IMG/VR virus record: IMGVR_UViG_2791355477_000007
Direction: 5' to 3' (one strand)
DNA: 64,000 nucleotides
Source: a virus
Lineage: Duplodnaviria; Heunggongvirae; Uroviricota; Caudoviricetes
Shown: positions 16,233-25,830 of the stretch, piece after piece
How the letters are laid out: every line of letters begins with the position of its first letter
Position numbering within the stretch: the first letter of the stretch is position 1
Position numbers and translations under genes: made by a program
The notes under the pieces: generated by a model
Told to the model about the DNA's origin: nothing
The model's input: the letters and a program-made list of their open reading frames with translations, nothing else
The model's database searches: none

Positions 16233-16970
16233 TCATTGAGCTTTTTCTTGTTCATTTAAATGACGTTTTAACCCTTCCAATAATTCTTCTTTATCTTCTA
16301 CTGCTACGCCATCTATTTCTTTATAGCGAATCACATCTTCTCCCTCTTTTTTGAACTCTATATAAGTATAAAAATAGTATCTAAAATTCAACTCTCCTTC
16401 TTTTATCTCATAAGGCTTTACAGTTATTTTTCCATTAAATTTAAAATGTGTATCATTTGCTGTTCTCTGTCCTTTGTACGTAAATAAAATCCAATCGTTG
16501 TGTTCATAACCTTCAAGTTGTGCTAAGAATTCAGAGGACTCAACACTGGAATCTTTCCATTTTGCATAAATTCCCTTCCACATATCTTCTATTCTTTCCA
16601 CTCTTTGATTCCACAGTGATGCTGTGATAATTTGAATGTTCTTACCTTCAAACAAGAGCTCATCTAAATCAAAATATTCTCCATATATTCTTCTTTTATT
16701 TCCAACCAATGCAGGTTCCCCTTTTAAATCACTAACTTTTTGTTGTTCTTCTAAAAATAAATGCTCAAATAACGCCACCTCACTTTTTTTACGCTTCAAA
16801 ACACTCTTTGTTCGCTTCACTGCAAACTTCTCGTTTTCTAACATCTTCAATAAATCTGGTACTCCCTTTTCAACAAGCATTATTGCAGTCGTTTGAGCAA
16901 CTTCTTTTTCCCCTTTCTTCATCGCTTCGTCATATGCTTCTTTTAATTTTAAAATTTCTTGTATTTCCAT
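16233..16970 (-). CDS. hypothetical protein
   Basis: GAGGTG RBS before ATG 16970. Confidence 0.75.
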   Translation of the reverse strand: MEIQEILKLKEAYDEAMKKGEKEVAQTTAIMLVEKGVPDLLKMLENEKFAVKRTKSVLKRKKSEVALFEHLFLEEQQKVSDLKGEPALVGNKRRIYGEYFDLDELLFEGKNIQIITASLWNQRVERIEDMWKGIYAKWKDSSVESSEFLAQLEGYEHNDWILFTYKGQRTANDTHFKFNGKITVKPYEIKEGELNFRYYFYTYIEFKKEGEDVIRYKEIDGVAVEDKEELLEGLKRHLNEQEKAQ

Positions 16971-17014
16971 TGTCACACCTCGTAAATTATTTTTTACTAT
17001 TTCATAGTATATCA

Positions 17015-17028
17015 TTGACTTTAGTTAA
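17015..17028. promoter_or_regulatory. palindromic operator/-35 motif between divergent genes
   Basis: TTGACTTTAGTTAA. Confidence 0.75.
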
Positions 17029-17112
17029 TAACAAATGTAATATTGATTATAGATTTTAAAGAAAAAAGTAAATGAAAAGACATATAAATTTAAATTTTTA
17101 GGAGATGTAATT

Positions 17113-18174
17113 ATGAGTTCAAACAAATTAGGTGCTCGAATGAAAGAGTACGAAAATAAAACAAAATTAACAAAAAGAAGCCCCGTAATTATTCGTATTG
17201 ACGGTACACACTTTCACACATATACAAAAAATATGAAAAAACCGTTTGACGAGGTACTCGCAAAAGCATTCTGGGAAACAGCGAAATATCTTGCTCAAAA
17301 CATTATGGGTTGCAAAATGGTTTACCACCAAAGCGATGAAATTTCATTATTATTAACAAACTATGAAAAAGTAACGACTCAATCATGGTTCGGTAATGAC
17401 TTGCAAAAAATGGTTTCTGTATCTGCTTCTATGGCCACTGCAAAATTCAATGAGATTATGTTCCCTATTACAGGAACACTTGCATTTTTTGACAGTAGAG
17501 CATTTGTATTACCGAAAGAAGAAGTGACGAACTATTTCTTATGGAGACAACAAGACGCTACGAAAAACAGTATTGCGATGGTTGCTCAAGCAAACTTTAA
17601 ACACAAAGAATTACAAGGATATAACGGTTCTCAGTTACAAGAAAAACTATTTACAGAGAAGAACATTAACTGGAACAACCTCCCTATTTGGCAAAAACGA
17701 GGTGTATGTATTACGAAACAATCCTATTTAAAAGGTACTGCTACAAGAACAAAATGGGATGTAGACTTTAACACACCTCAGTTCTCTAAAGATAGAGATT
17801 ATATTGACCAACATGTCTTCAGTGAATTTGAAATGATTTCAAGAAAAGTTGAGCTGAATCTTCCAAAAGAACAACTTCAATCTTTATTGAGTGAATACTA
17901 TGATTCTAAAATTTTGATTCCGTCTTGCCGTAATATAAGTGAAAAAGAGAGAATTGAAAATAGTCATTACCACGAATTATGGTCAATAACTGAAACCATT
18001 TTCGATGCTTTTAAAGAACATTCTATCCAAACTCTATCAGACTTTGCTGTTGTTCTTCGATATGTCTTTATCCAAACTTTCGGAGATACAGTGGAAATTA
18101 ATTTAGATATTTATATGGATGTTGCGAAAAATTTAATTAAAAAATCAAAGCACTACGATTCGATTGTAGCGTAG
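17113..18174 (+). CDS. tRNA(His) guanylyltransferase Thg1-like 3'-5' polymerase with C-terminal extension
   Basis: IRIDGTHFHTYT, QSDEISL, FDSRAF, YFLWRQQDA motifs. Confidence 0.92.
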   Translation: MSSNKLGARMKEYENKTKLTKRSPVIIRIDGTHFHTYTKNMKKPFDEVLAKAFWETAKYLAQNIMGCKMVYHQSDEISLLLTNYEKVTTQSWFGNDLQKMVSVSASMATAKFNEIMFPITGTLAFFDSRAFVLPKEEVTNYFLWRQQDATKNSIAMVAQANFKHKELQGYNGSQLQEKLFTEKNINWNNLPIWQKRGVCITKQSYLKGTATRTKWDVDFNTPQFSKDRDYIDQHVFSEFEMISRKVELNLPKEQLQSLLSEYYDSKILIPSCRNISEKERIENSHYHELWSITETIFDAFKEHSIQTLSDFAVVLRYVFIQTFGDTVEINLDIYMDVAKNLIKKSKHYDSIVA

Positions 18175-18205
18175 GCTAACTACTATATAAGGAGTTGCAT
18201 ATAAC

Positions 18206-18415
18206 ATGCTTGCACTCATCCATAAAATGATTGAAAATCCCCACCTATTTGTGGTGGGGGCTTTATCTATAGCACTTCTTTTATCACTACTTCCTACCTC
18301 TAAGGGTAATTATAGAGGAACAATTCGTTTCCCCCCTCCCACAAAAGAAATGCAGGATGAATTTGATATGTTTTTAGGGATTAATAAAGAAATTTCTCCA
18401 TCTAAAGATGATTAA
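18206..18415 (+). CDS. small membrane-anchored protein
   Basis: RBS, one hydrophobic segment. Confidence 0.6.
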   Translation: MLALIHKMIENPHLFVVGALSIALLLSLLPTSKGNYRGTIRFPPPTKEMQDEFDMFLGINKEISPSKDD

Positions 18416-18425
18416 ATTGTGACCA

Positions 18426-18617
18426 TTGAAAGGAATGAACACTATGCAATTAACAAAAGACGAATTATTAAAAAAAGTTGATGAGTTAGCACTTAAGAAC
18501 TTCAAGGTAAGAGCATTACTACAACACAATGGCAGTTTCGACAATATTCCAGACTATCAACAAAAACTTATTCTTGATGCAATTGGTGTGAAAAAACAAG
18601 ACATACTCACAAACTAA
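18426..18617 (+). CDS. hypothetical protein
   Basis: operon ORF. Confidence 0.6.
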   Translation: MKGMNTMQLTKDELLKKVDELALKNFKVRALLQHNGSFDNIPDYQQKLILDAIGVKKQDILTN

Positions 18618-18671
18618 TTACCTATTAACACTAATCTATCAGGGGATTTTTTAGATAACGGAGGAACCAAC

Positions 18672-19037
18672 ATGGAACAAAAGTGTAAGGATTGCCAAGA
18701 ACCTTTTTCACTATCAGAACATGACAAGCGTTTTTATTCAGATAGGGATTTAGCACTACCAAAAAGATGTTATTACTGTCGTCAAAAAAGACGAGATAAC
18801 AATAGGATTGATTTACATACATGCATTGGTCAATATATCTATCGAACGAAAGCCAGTGTCACTGGTGACCGCTCCTTTGTTGGTGAAATTAGTAAGATAA
18901 AACTATTGAATATCTTAGAAGATGGAACACTTGTATTTGAGGATAAATGGAAATGGCTTTCAGAATCAGAAGAAAGAACGTTACCTCCCCATTATAATGA
19001 TGGCTATTGGAAAGTTGCCAAGGTTAAAAATACATAA
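18672..19037 (+). CDS. zinc-ribbon domain protein
   Basis: CKDC..F......RFY....PKRC..CR. Confidence 0.75.
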   Translation: MEQKCKDCQEPFSLSEHDKRFYSDRDLALPKRCYYCRQKRRDNNRIDLHTCIGQYIYRTKASVTGDRSFVGEISKIKLLNILEDGTLVFEDKWKWLSESEERTLPPHYNDGYWKVAKVKNT

Positions 19038-19060
19038 AATCAGAAATGAGTGAGTAATAA

Positions 19061-19354
19061 ATGGAAATGAAACACTTAGTTGAAATCAAGAGAAATAACT
19101 ATTTGCTCTTCCATCCTGGAGAAGATACAGAAGTCATTCCATTTGTTTCGAAAGATGACGAACAAGAGGTTTTAGATGCACTTTTAAAGGACTCCTATTT
19201 GTTTAATGGTTATATCGTTAAGGCATCTCTTATTTATGGTAATGAGTATGCTGTCGTTGATACAGAGAAAAACACTACATTGGGTGAGCTACAAATTACT
19301 CCTATATTCGAACACTTAGGAAGATATTTTAAATTAGAAGAAATTGAAATTTGA
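19061..19354 (+). CDS. hypothetical protein
   Basis: operon ORF. Confidence 0.65.
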   Translation: MEMKHLVEIKRNNYLLFHPGEDTEVIPFVSKDDEQEVLDALLKDSYLFNGYIVKASLIYGNEYAVVDTEKNTTLGELQITPIFEHLGRYFKLEEIEI

Positions 19355-19610
19355 CATAAGGATGAATCATATTATGACTGAAAAAGAACGTTTATTAGCA
19401 AAGAGCGATGGTGTCAAAGATTGTGTAAAACACTTGAAAAAGAAGATTAAAGCGGAACAAAGATTATTAAAACAGGAAGAAGAAAAAGATTTTTTTGCTA
19501 ACGAATTCCAGATTGCAAGACACAGAGAAACAATTCGAGTTTTGACTGAGGAAAAAATCAGCTTAGAAAAGTACGCCAAAAAATTAAAGCATTTAGCAAA
19601 TGAATGCTGA
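19344..19610 (+). CDS. coiled-coil hypothetical protein
   Basis: operon ORF. Confidence 0.6.
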   Translation: MKFDIRMNHIMTEKERLLAKSDGVKDCVKHLKKKIKAEQRLLKQEEEKDFFANEFQIARHRETIRVLTEEKISLEKYAKKLKHLANEC

Positions 19611-19872
19611 AAGGATACGATACAACATGGATTTAAAAGAAGAGTTATTATTTATGGGATTCTTAGATGCAAATGTAGATGATGGAGTAGATGATGAAAT
19701 TTATGTAATGGTACGTTTTAAATATCATTATCCTACCAAAGTAAATAAAATCTTCCGTGATGGAAAGAAAGAATTTTCAAAAGCTACAACGCCTGAACAA
19801 ATGTTTAAAGAAATCATTCAATGGGCAAAGAATTGTCCCGCAAATCATGGATTCGAAATTATCTTTTGGTAA
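19600..19872 (+). CDS. hypothetical protein
   Basis: operon ORF. Confidence 0.65.
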   Translation: MNAERIRYNMDLKEELLFMGFLDANVDDGVDDEIYVMVRFKYHYPTKVNKIFRDGKKEFSKATTPEQMFKEIIQWAKNCPANHGFEIIFW

Positions 19873-19878
19873 AAGGTT

Positions 19879-20229
19879 GTGATGAATATGTTTATCGGAG
19901 CTATACTGAAACAACGCATGTCTTCTCTTGGGTATGACATGAATCATTTATCTGAAGCATCTACGGTGGATGTTCATGTTATAAATGGATTATTGAATAA
20001 TTCACTGTCAATGAAACAAGTACATGAAGTAGATATGGACTATATTTGTCAGGTTCTCATGTGTGAGCCAGTTTACTTTACAGATGCAAACATTAGAAAG
20101 CAGGATATGGTTTATAACTCCCCTATACAGGAAGTTAAATCAAATAGGGCAAAAGCTAACTTAATGTCATTTGTAAATGATTTTGCATTTATCATGGAAA
20201 TTTCAAGAGAATCTAAATCTACTAACTAA
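19879..20229 (+). CDS. possible XRE-type HTH protein
   Basis: IG..LK.RM...G......LSEAS.V pattern. Confidence 0.5.
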   Translation: MMNMFIGAILKQRMSSLGYDMNHLSEASTVDVHVINGLLNNSLSMKQVHEVDMDYICQVLMCEPVYFTDANIRKQDMVYNSPIQEVKSNRAKANLMSFVNDFAFIMEISRESKSTN

Positions 20230-20244
20230 AATTATTAATAATAG

Positions 20245-20700
20245 GTGATATACATGAATCTTATTTTCTTAGATATTGATGGTGTTATGAATCATTCAAA
20301 TTATTTTGTGAGAAGCAAACAGCATATGCTACAGGCATTTTGTCCAAAAGCATTAGCAAATCTAAAAGAAATACTTGAAAAGTGTGATGCGAAAATAGTA
20401 GTATCTTCTACTTGGAGAAAACTCGGCTCGGTAAAAACACTCAAGAAGGCTATTTTCTCTCATTACGGTTTACAAAAATATATTATAGGCAGAACACCTG
20501 AATTAAGAGGCGAACCAAGAGGAGCTGAAATACAAGCATTTATGAATGGGTTTAAGAGACCTATTGATAGATTTATAATTATAGATGATGGCGATGACAT
20601 GCTACACTTATCAGATAGACTTATTCTGACAAGCCCTTATGAAGATGGATTAAATGAAATAAAACGAGAAGAAGCGATTCAACTATTGAATGAATTTTAG
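20245..20700 (+). CDS. HAD phosphatase, Swiss-army-knife RNA-repair-like family
   Basis: IFLDIDGV, IVVSSTWR, RG.EI, FIIIDD. Confidence 0.8.
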   Translation: MIYMNLIFLDIDGVMNHSNYFVRSKQHMLQAFCPKALANLKEILEKCDAKIVVSSTWRKLGSVKTLKKAIFSHYGLQKYIIGRTPELRGEPRGAEIQAFMNGFKRPIDRFIIIDDGDDMLHLSDRLILTSPYEDGLNEIKREEAIQLLNEF

Positions 20701-20734
20701 GTAACAAAGTATATCAATTATGTTATAATATTTA

Positions 20735-20861
20735 TACAAGGTGAAGTGCTCCAACATCTCGCCTTATGTAACTGTTACCGCAAGGTGGATGGTTGCTAAA
20801 AAAGTTTATTTTTTCTTAGAATCGCCCTTCGAACGCTTGCCGGCATTGTGGGCGGTTTTTT
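20735..20861 (+). ncRNA. candidate sRNA resembling type I antitoxin RNAs
   Basis: TGnTATAAT at 20721-20729, no ORF, terminator AATCGCCC/GGGCGGTT-TTTT. Confidence 0.45.
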
Positions 20862-20946
20862 ATCTTAAGAAATGGTAATGATTTGATTTTTACTCAATGA
20901 AATAATAAAAAGCAAGGATTAAATTACTCCTTGCTTTTTCTGAATT

Positions 20947-21141
20947 TTAATATTGTATTCCAAAAGGAATTTCTATATTGTTTTCCTGGCAGCATTCCAC
21001 AATTTCCATATATTGCTTCGCTTCAATTTCAGTAAGTTTTCTTTCATCATTAAATTCAATTTTTGTTAATTCGTATAATTCATCTAATAGTTTTTCACTA
21101 TATACATTCTCTTTTGAAGTTGAAATTTGATTTTTACTCAT
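20947..21141 (-). CDS. small acidic hypothetical protein
   Basis: RBS, leader motif 2. Confidence 0.7.
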   Translation of the reverse strand: MSKNQISTSKENVYSEKLLDELYELTKIEFNDERKLTEIEAKQYMEIVECCQENNIEIPFGIQY

Positions 21142-21150
21142 TTTAGTTCC

Positions 21151-21208
21151 TCACCTTTTTAAATAATTTTTAATAAATATCTATTTATATAAATTTATTT
21201 ATAATAGA
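21151..21208 (-). promoter_or_regulatory. conserved promoter/leader motif 2
   Basis: TCTATTAT...ATATAAATAGATATTT...AAAAAGGTG. Confidence 0.6.
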
Positions 21209-21209
21209 C

Positions 21210-21371
21210 TTACAAAGAAATATAATTCTTGTTTACTAAAATAATTGTTTATAATTTTGTAACCCAATAAACGTCCCATTTTTCTGCTTTTGCATAATCA
21301 TCACATTCTTTTTCCGTATCGTAATTTGTATAATACTTAATTCCATTTATATATGTATAGACTTGAAACAT
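21210..21371 (-). CDS. 53-aa hypothetical protein
   Basis: GGAGGT RBS, MFQVYTYINGIKYY... Confidence 0.55.
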
Positions 21372-21385
21372 GTTAGTACCTCCAT

Positions 21386-21703
21386 TTAAGACAAATATTT
21401 TTCCTTTGTTATTCTCAAAATTCCATTTTCAAATCGTTTATAAATATAATACTGTTCATTTTCTGTTAATAAATCGTGTAGAAATTTCCCTGGTTCACAT
21501 TCAGATGGTTTAAAAAACTCATCAGTTTTATGCATTACTCCTACATTTCTTTCATAATACCGAAAAACCCATTTGTGAGAACCAAAAAAATCCGTCTCAT
21601 CTACCTTATCTGGCTTCCCAAACCAAAAACTATCCGCAGAATCTAAATGCTCCTTATAGTTACTTCCTCGCATTACAGATTGATATTCTTGTACACTCAA
21701 CAT
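21386..21703 (-). CDS. hypothetical protein
   Basis: RBS, leader motif 2. Confidence 0.75.
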   Translation of the reverse strand: MLSVQEYQSVMRGSNYKEHLDSADSFWFGKPDKVDETDFFGSHKWVFRYYERNVGVMHKTDEFFKPSECEPGKFLHDLLTENEQYYIYKRFENGILRITKEKYLS

Positions 21704-21714
21704 TTTTAAACAGT

Positions 21715-21773
21715 CCCTTCCTTTTTAGTGAATTTTTTAAAATACCTGTTTATAGTTATCTTTATATTATAGA
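21715..21773 (-). promoter_or_regulatory. conserved promoter/leader motif 2
   Basis: TCTATAATATAAAGATAACTATAAACAGGTATTTT. Confidence 0.7.
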
Positions 21774-21854
21774 AAATAGGTGTATTCATTATAAATATAA
21801 AAAATAAAAAAGAACGTACCTTATAGGCAACGTTCTTTCATCTGTCTATATATA

Positions 21855-22370
21855 TTAGAAATATAAAAATTGTTCTCTTAATGCATCTGTAATTTTTAAA
21901 TCAAAACTACCGACACATCCTAAAATATTCTTAACATCAGCAGGTGTGTACATAGACAATGTACAACCCATTAACGGAAAGGTTAAAATATCTTTACCTA
22001 CTTCTGCTAATCTTTCAAATACACTTTCTTGTAAATAATGTGATAGACCACATCCATGAGAGTATTCCACTAATCCATTTACATAATTAAATGGGATTAA
22101 CATTGCATACTCCCCTGGTTCTATATCTTTTTTAGCTTCTTCATTAAATTTATCAATAGCATAAGATAATTCACGAGTCACATCTCTCACTTCTTTTGTT
22201 TCCATAGAAAGATAAAAGAATCGAGTTTTAATTGCTCCAGGTACCTTTATTGAATTAATACATCCCACTAAAAATCCTGGTTCTATAATCGAATCATTCA
22301 ATGTCTGATTATAGTTTCCTTTAGGATTTAAACCGAATTTAATTGATTTATTTTCATTTACTTGTGTCAT
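21855..22370 (-). CDS. hypothetical protein
   Basis: RBS, leader motif 2. Confidence 0.75.
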   Translation of the reverse strand: MTQVNENKSIKFGLNPKGNYNQTLNDSIIEPGFLVGCINSIKVPGAIKTRFFYLSMETKEVRDVTRELSYAIDKFNEEAKKDIEPGEYAMLIPFNYVNGLVEYSHGCGLSHYLQESVFERLAEVGKDILTFPLMGCTLSMYTPADVKNILGCVGSFDLKITDALREQFLYF

Positions 22371-22377
22371 TACAATT

Positions 22378-22415
22378 CCACCTTTTAATAATTTTTGTAA
22401 AATACCTGTTTATAT
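22378..22415 (-). promoter_or_regulatory. leader motif 2 lacking the -10 part
   Basis: ATATAAACAGGTATTTT...AAAAGGTGG. Confidence 0.65.
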
Positions 22416-22427
22416 CTGAACTATAAT

Positions 22428-22676
22428 TTAACGCACATAAACCGTTGTACCAGTTTCTAAAATAAGATATTCTGCTTCATCTACTAATGTCTTTTTCTCA
22501 AATAACATTTTAAGACACTGTTGTAGTTTTAAATCATCGTGTAACCAATAGAAAAACGCTTCATATGAAGGGAAAATCTGAATATCTCCCTTTTTAATAT
22601 CCTCTTTCAAGCTTTCTACAGTCCTTTTAAATTCATTTGCTACAGTTTGTAATTCCTGTTCAGTAAGTTCTAACAT
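22428..22676 (-). CDS. small acidic hypothetical protein
   Basis: RBS, leader motif 2. Confidence 0.75.
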   Translation of the reverse strand: MLELTEQELQTVANEFKRTVESLKEDIKKGDIQIFPSYEAFFYWLHDDLKLQQCLKMLFEKKTLVDEAEYLILETGTTVYVR

Positions 22677-22682
22677 CTTAAC

Positions 22683-22740
22683 TCCACCTTTTTAATCAAT
22701 TTTATAAAATACCTGTTTATATTTATCTCTATATAATAGA
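22683..22740 (-). promoter_or_regulatory. conserved promoter/leader motif 2
   Basis: TCTATTATATAGAGATAAATATAAACAGGTATTTT. Confidence 0.7.
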
Positions 22741-22787
22741 TATCATTGGCTTCACATATTCTATGGAACATAAAAAAAGAACCGCAT

Positions 22788-23006
22788 TTAAGCAGTTCTT
22801 CTTTTTTTCCAATCTCTAAACGGTGTTACAACATCAGTAATCGTTTCATTTGAGATATGTTCATTTTGAGATTTAATAATTAACGAACCATCTACATGAA
22901 TTTCAACTTTATCATACAAACCAATTTTGTCCATCAAATGTGGTTTCTTATAAATTTCCTTCATTACATCTTGTTTCCATTTGTTAATCATACTTTTAAA
23001 ACTCAT
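22788..23006 (-). CDS. hypothetical protein
   Basis: RBS, leader motif 2. Confidence 0.7.
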   Translation of the reverse strand: MSFKSMINKWKQDVMKEIYKKPHLMDKIGLYDKVEIHVDGSLIIKSQNEHISNETITDVVTPFRDWKKRRTA

Positions 23007-23015
23007 TTTAAAATA

Positions 23016-23073
23016 CCTACCTTTTTAATAAATTTTATCAAATGCCTATTTATAGTTATCTATACATTATAGA
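23016..23073 (-). promoter_or_regulatory. conserved promoter/leader motif 2
   Basis: TCTATAATGTATAGATAACTATAAATAGGCATTT. Confidence 0.65.
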
Positions 23074-23138
23074 TATTTAAGATTATTTCATTCTGCATCC
23101 AAGAAAAAAGAATCGTCAGAAACGATTCTCGAAATGAA

Positions 23139-23669
23139 TTAATTTCCATCAACTTCAACTTTGAAATAAGGTTTATTTCCCTTTAACGCTTGCAAGTCTT
23201 CTTCTAACACTTGAACAATTTGTAATAACATTTCTTTTGTTGTGTCTTTACACATATCACTTTCCGTAAACTCCTTAAAATATCTAACAATTACTTGGAT
23301 ATCCTCAGGCTCAATGAAACAATCTCCACTATTCAATACACCAAAAAAGATTGAAACTTTATCATCATATAGGAGAGCATTATTTTTACAAGTAAAAATC
23401 TTTAAATTGCGTGAGGAATACTCGTCTTCATCCTTCATATAGCTTTCTTTTTGGAATTCGTCAAACATACCAAGAGCCATCTCACCATCCCCGTCTTCAC
23501 GGTCATCAGCCAATTCTGAAAGGTGTTCTAACACATTAGCCATCGTGCTTAATTCATCACCAGTTTCAAACACAATCACTTTTGGTACTCGTGCCATAAT
23601 CATAACTGTATTTCTTTTTGCTTCTAACATTACTTCATTTTCTTTATTTGTAAAATCATAGACTAACAT
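23139..23669 (-). CDS. acidic hypothetical protein
   Basis: ORF with RBS. Confidence 0.75.
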   Translation of the reverse strand: MLVYDFTNKENEVMLEAKRNTVMIMARVPKVIVFETGDELSTMANVLEHLSELADDREDGDGEMALGMFDEFQKESYMKDEDEYSSRNLKIFTCKNNALLYDDKVSIFFGVLNSGDCFIEPEDIQVIVRYFKEFTESDMCKDTTKEMLLQIVQVLEEDLQALKGNKPYFKVEVDGN

Positions 23670-23679
23670 TTTCTCACTC

Positions 23680-23970
23680 CTAAATTTTTAGTTTCGCAGT
23701 AAAAGGTTGGTTGTCAAAATCCTTCATATCTCCTCTGCTACGCTTCCCACATTTTTCGCAAGTAAAAGGATATAATGGACCAAGACCCCAACCACCCGTA
23801 CCATGACAAACCCATTCATGCCCTTGTTTCTTACATGAACACCTCCACGGAAACTTTACAATCATTACAACTGTAGTAGATACAAACTCCCACGCATATC
23901 CAAGAATAAATGCAACTAATAAATAGAGCAGAATCCCAAGACCTTTTATTACATTTACAATAACTTGCAT
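23680..23970 (-). CDS. membrane protein with C...GH.W/CxxC zinc motif, paralog of 27408-27704
   Basis: CKKQGHEW ... CEKCGK. Confidence 0.65.
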   Translation of the reverse strand: MQVIVNVIKGLGILLYLLVAFILGYAWEFVSTTVVMIVKFPWRCSCKKQGHEWVCHGTGGWGLGPLYPFTCEKCGKRSRGDMKDFDNQPFTAKLKI

Positions 23971-24019
23971 TTAATTAACACCTTCTCATCAAACCTATAA
24001 TCCTTATATGTAAAACAAA

Positions 24020-24301
24020 TTATTTATCGTATACAATAAAGAAATCTTCTGTTTTAGCGTTGTCATAGTCAATAAATGTATCGGTAACAAAATCTAAAAA
24101 CTTATCGTCTACTGCTCCAAATCGTTTAATTGCTACTTCTACATATAATCCATCAACAGTCAATTGTTCGGATTCAACACCATCTTTTTTCATTCGTTCA
24201 TAAAATTCTTGTTCCTCGTATCTTTTCTTAAAGTACATGGCCGCATATTCGTCACCCTTGACATGTAAGCAAATTAAACCTGACATATTAACTCCTACTT
24301 T
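24020..24301 (-). CDS. hypothetical protein, tandem paralog 1 of 3 (ORF track start 24304)
   Basis: shared ICL.V.G.EYA...F...Y..Q.FYE.M motif. Confidence 0.75.
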   Translation of the reverse strand, partial: KVGVNMSGLICLHVKGDEYAAMYFKKRYEEQEFYERMKKDGVESEQLTVDGLYVEVAIKRFGAVDDKFLDFVTDTFIDYDNAKTEDFFIVYDK

Positions 24302-24336
24302 CATTTTAATCTTTTTGAAATACTATTGTTTTCGTT

Positions 24337-24645
24337 TCACATTTCCTCTTCTTTGACGATATAAAGATTCTTATCATCAGCAGAGTTATGAATAAAATTA
24401 AATTTTAGAAATTCAAGAAATACCTCATCTACATTAATAAACTCCTTAATTTCCACTTCCACACAAACCTCTGTTTCATCACAATCATCTTCTATAATTA
24501 AATTTTTAGAGGTAACTCCTTCTTTTTTCATTTTATTAAAGAAATCTTCAGGATTGTATTTTTCGTTGAATTTTTGATAAGCAAAATAATCTCCATCTAT
24601 ATACAAACAAATTATTTTCTTCAAACCTACCCATCCCTCTCTCAT
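24337..24645 (-). CDS. hypothetical protein, tandem paralog 2 of 3
   Basis: shared motif. Confidence 0.75.
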   Translation of the reverse strand: MREGWVGLKKIICLYIDGDYFAYQKFNEKYNPEDFFNKMKKEGVTSKNLIIEDDCDETEVCVEVEIKEFINVDEVFLEFLKFNFIHNSADDKNLYIVKEEEM

Positions 24646-24688
24646 TGATTACATCATGAATTAATATTGATTTTCACATGTATAACAA

Positions 24689-25060
24689 CTACTCTCTCGT
24701 AGCAGTTTTATTTCCTAATCCCATCTCTTTTATTAAACCTGATACTTCTGTACCTCTAACTTCAGTAACATCAACTTTCTGCTCCACATCTATGCCTTTT
24801 ACCTCGTAAATGTTTACATCCTTTGCATGTTCATAATCCATCAGTTCCTTCTTTACCAGTTCGATAAATAAAGGACTAATATAAGGGAATTCATGAATAG
24901 AAACCACAATGGTAGTTCCCTCTTCGTGCAGATATTCCTTTTTGGTATTTCCGATATCGACCATTTGCTCATAAAATTCTTGAGGGTTATAGTCCTCTTC
25001 AAAACGACAAGAAGCATATTCTCCTCCATTTACTAATAACAAGACTGTGTTACTCATCAT
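24689..25060 (-). CDS. hypothetical protein, tandem paralog 3 of 3
   Basis: shared motif. Confidence 0.75.
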   Translation of the reverse strand: MMSNTVLLLVNGGEYASCRFEEDYNPQEFYEQMVDIGNTKKEYLHEEGTTIVVSIHEFPYISPLFIELVKKELMDYEHAKDVNIYEVKGIDVEQKVDVTEVRGTEVSGLIKEMGLGNKTATRE

Positions 25061-25108
25061 TTATCATCTCCACATAAGATTAACCATGGAATAATTGTAC
25101 TTTTTACA

Positions 25109-25122
25109 TTGACTATTGTCAA
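25109..25122. promoter_or_regulatory. palindromic operator/-35 motif between divergent genes
   Basis: TTGACTATTGTCAA. Confidence 0.75.
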
Positions 25123-25179
25123 TATAATTGTTAGGATTTACTATGTGCTTGATACGTTCGAATAAAAGGAGAGGGAATC

Positions 25180-25830
25180 ATGATTTCACCACAAGAAGGA
25201 AACATATCGTTAATTGTAGGTCCCATGTTTGCAGGAAAAACACAGTTTTTAGGAAGGGAAGTAACACGACATCAGTATGCAAAAAAACGTATTATTGGCT
25301 TTAAACCAATGATTGATAACCGATTTAGTGAAAATACAATTACTGATAGAGATAGAATGTTTGAATTACCATGTCATAACCTCCCAAGGCAACTTACAGA
25401 AAAAGAGACGAGAGAGATTTGTAATCTATCTTCTTCTTATGAAATTGTTATTTTTGATGAGGTACAGTTTTTCTCTGAAGAGATTGTCACCATTGCTTTA
25501 ACACTTCGACTACAAGGAAAAATTGTCTATATGAGTGGATTAGACATGTCTTATGAAGGGAAACCATTTGGTTTTACACCTCAACTTATGGCAGTTGCTA
25601 ACGTTGTTCATAAGCTATCTGCTGTATGTCTTTCGTGTGGAAGTTATGATGCTATTCATACACAAAGACTTGTGAACAATGAACCTGCTCCTCCTGGAGA
25701 TGTAGTTTTGATTGGAGATACAACGGATTATGAAGCAAGATGTTCTGCATGTTTTGTATATCCTGCATGGGTAGGAAATGACAAGGTCACAGGAGTATTA
25801 CCGAAAAAGAGAGAAGAGTGGATTCAATGA
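25180..25830 (+). CDS. tdk: thymidine kinase
   Basis: GPMFAGKT, FDEVQFF, GLDM....PFG, CLSC...YEARC..C. Confidence 0.93.
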   Translation: MISPQEGNISLIVGPMFAGKTQFLGREVTRHQYAKKRIIGFKPMIDNRFSENTITDRDRMFELPCHNLPRQLTEKETREICNLSSSYEIVIFDEVQFFSEEIVTIALTLRLQGKIVYMSGLDMSYEGKPFGFTPQLMAVANVVHKLSAVCLSCGSYDAIHTQRLVNNEPAPPGDVVLIGDTTDYEARCSACFVYPAWVGNDKVTGVLPKKREEWIQ

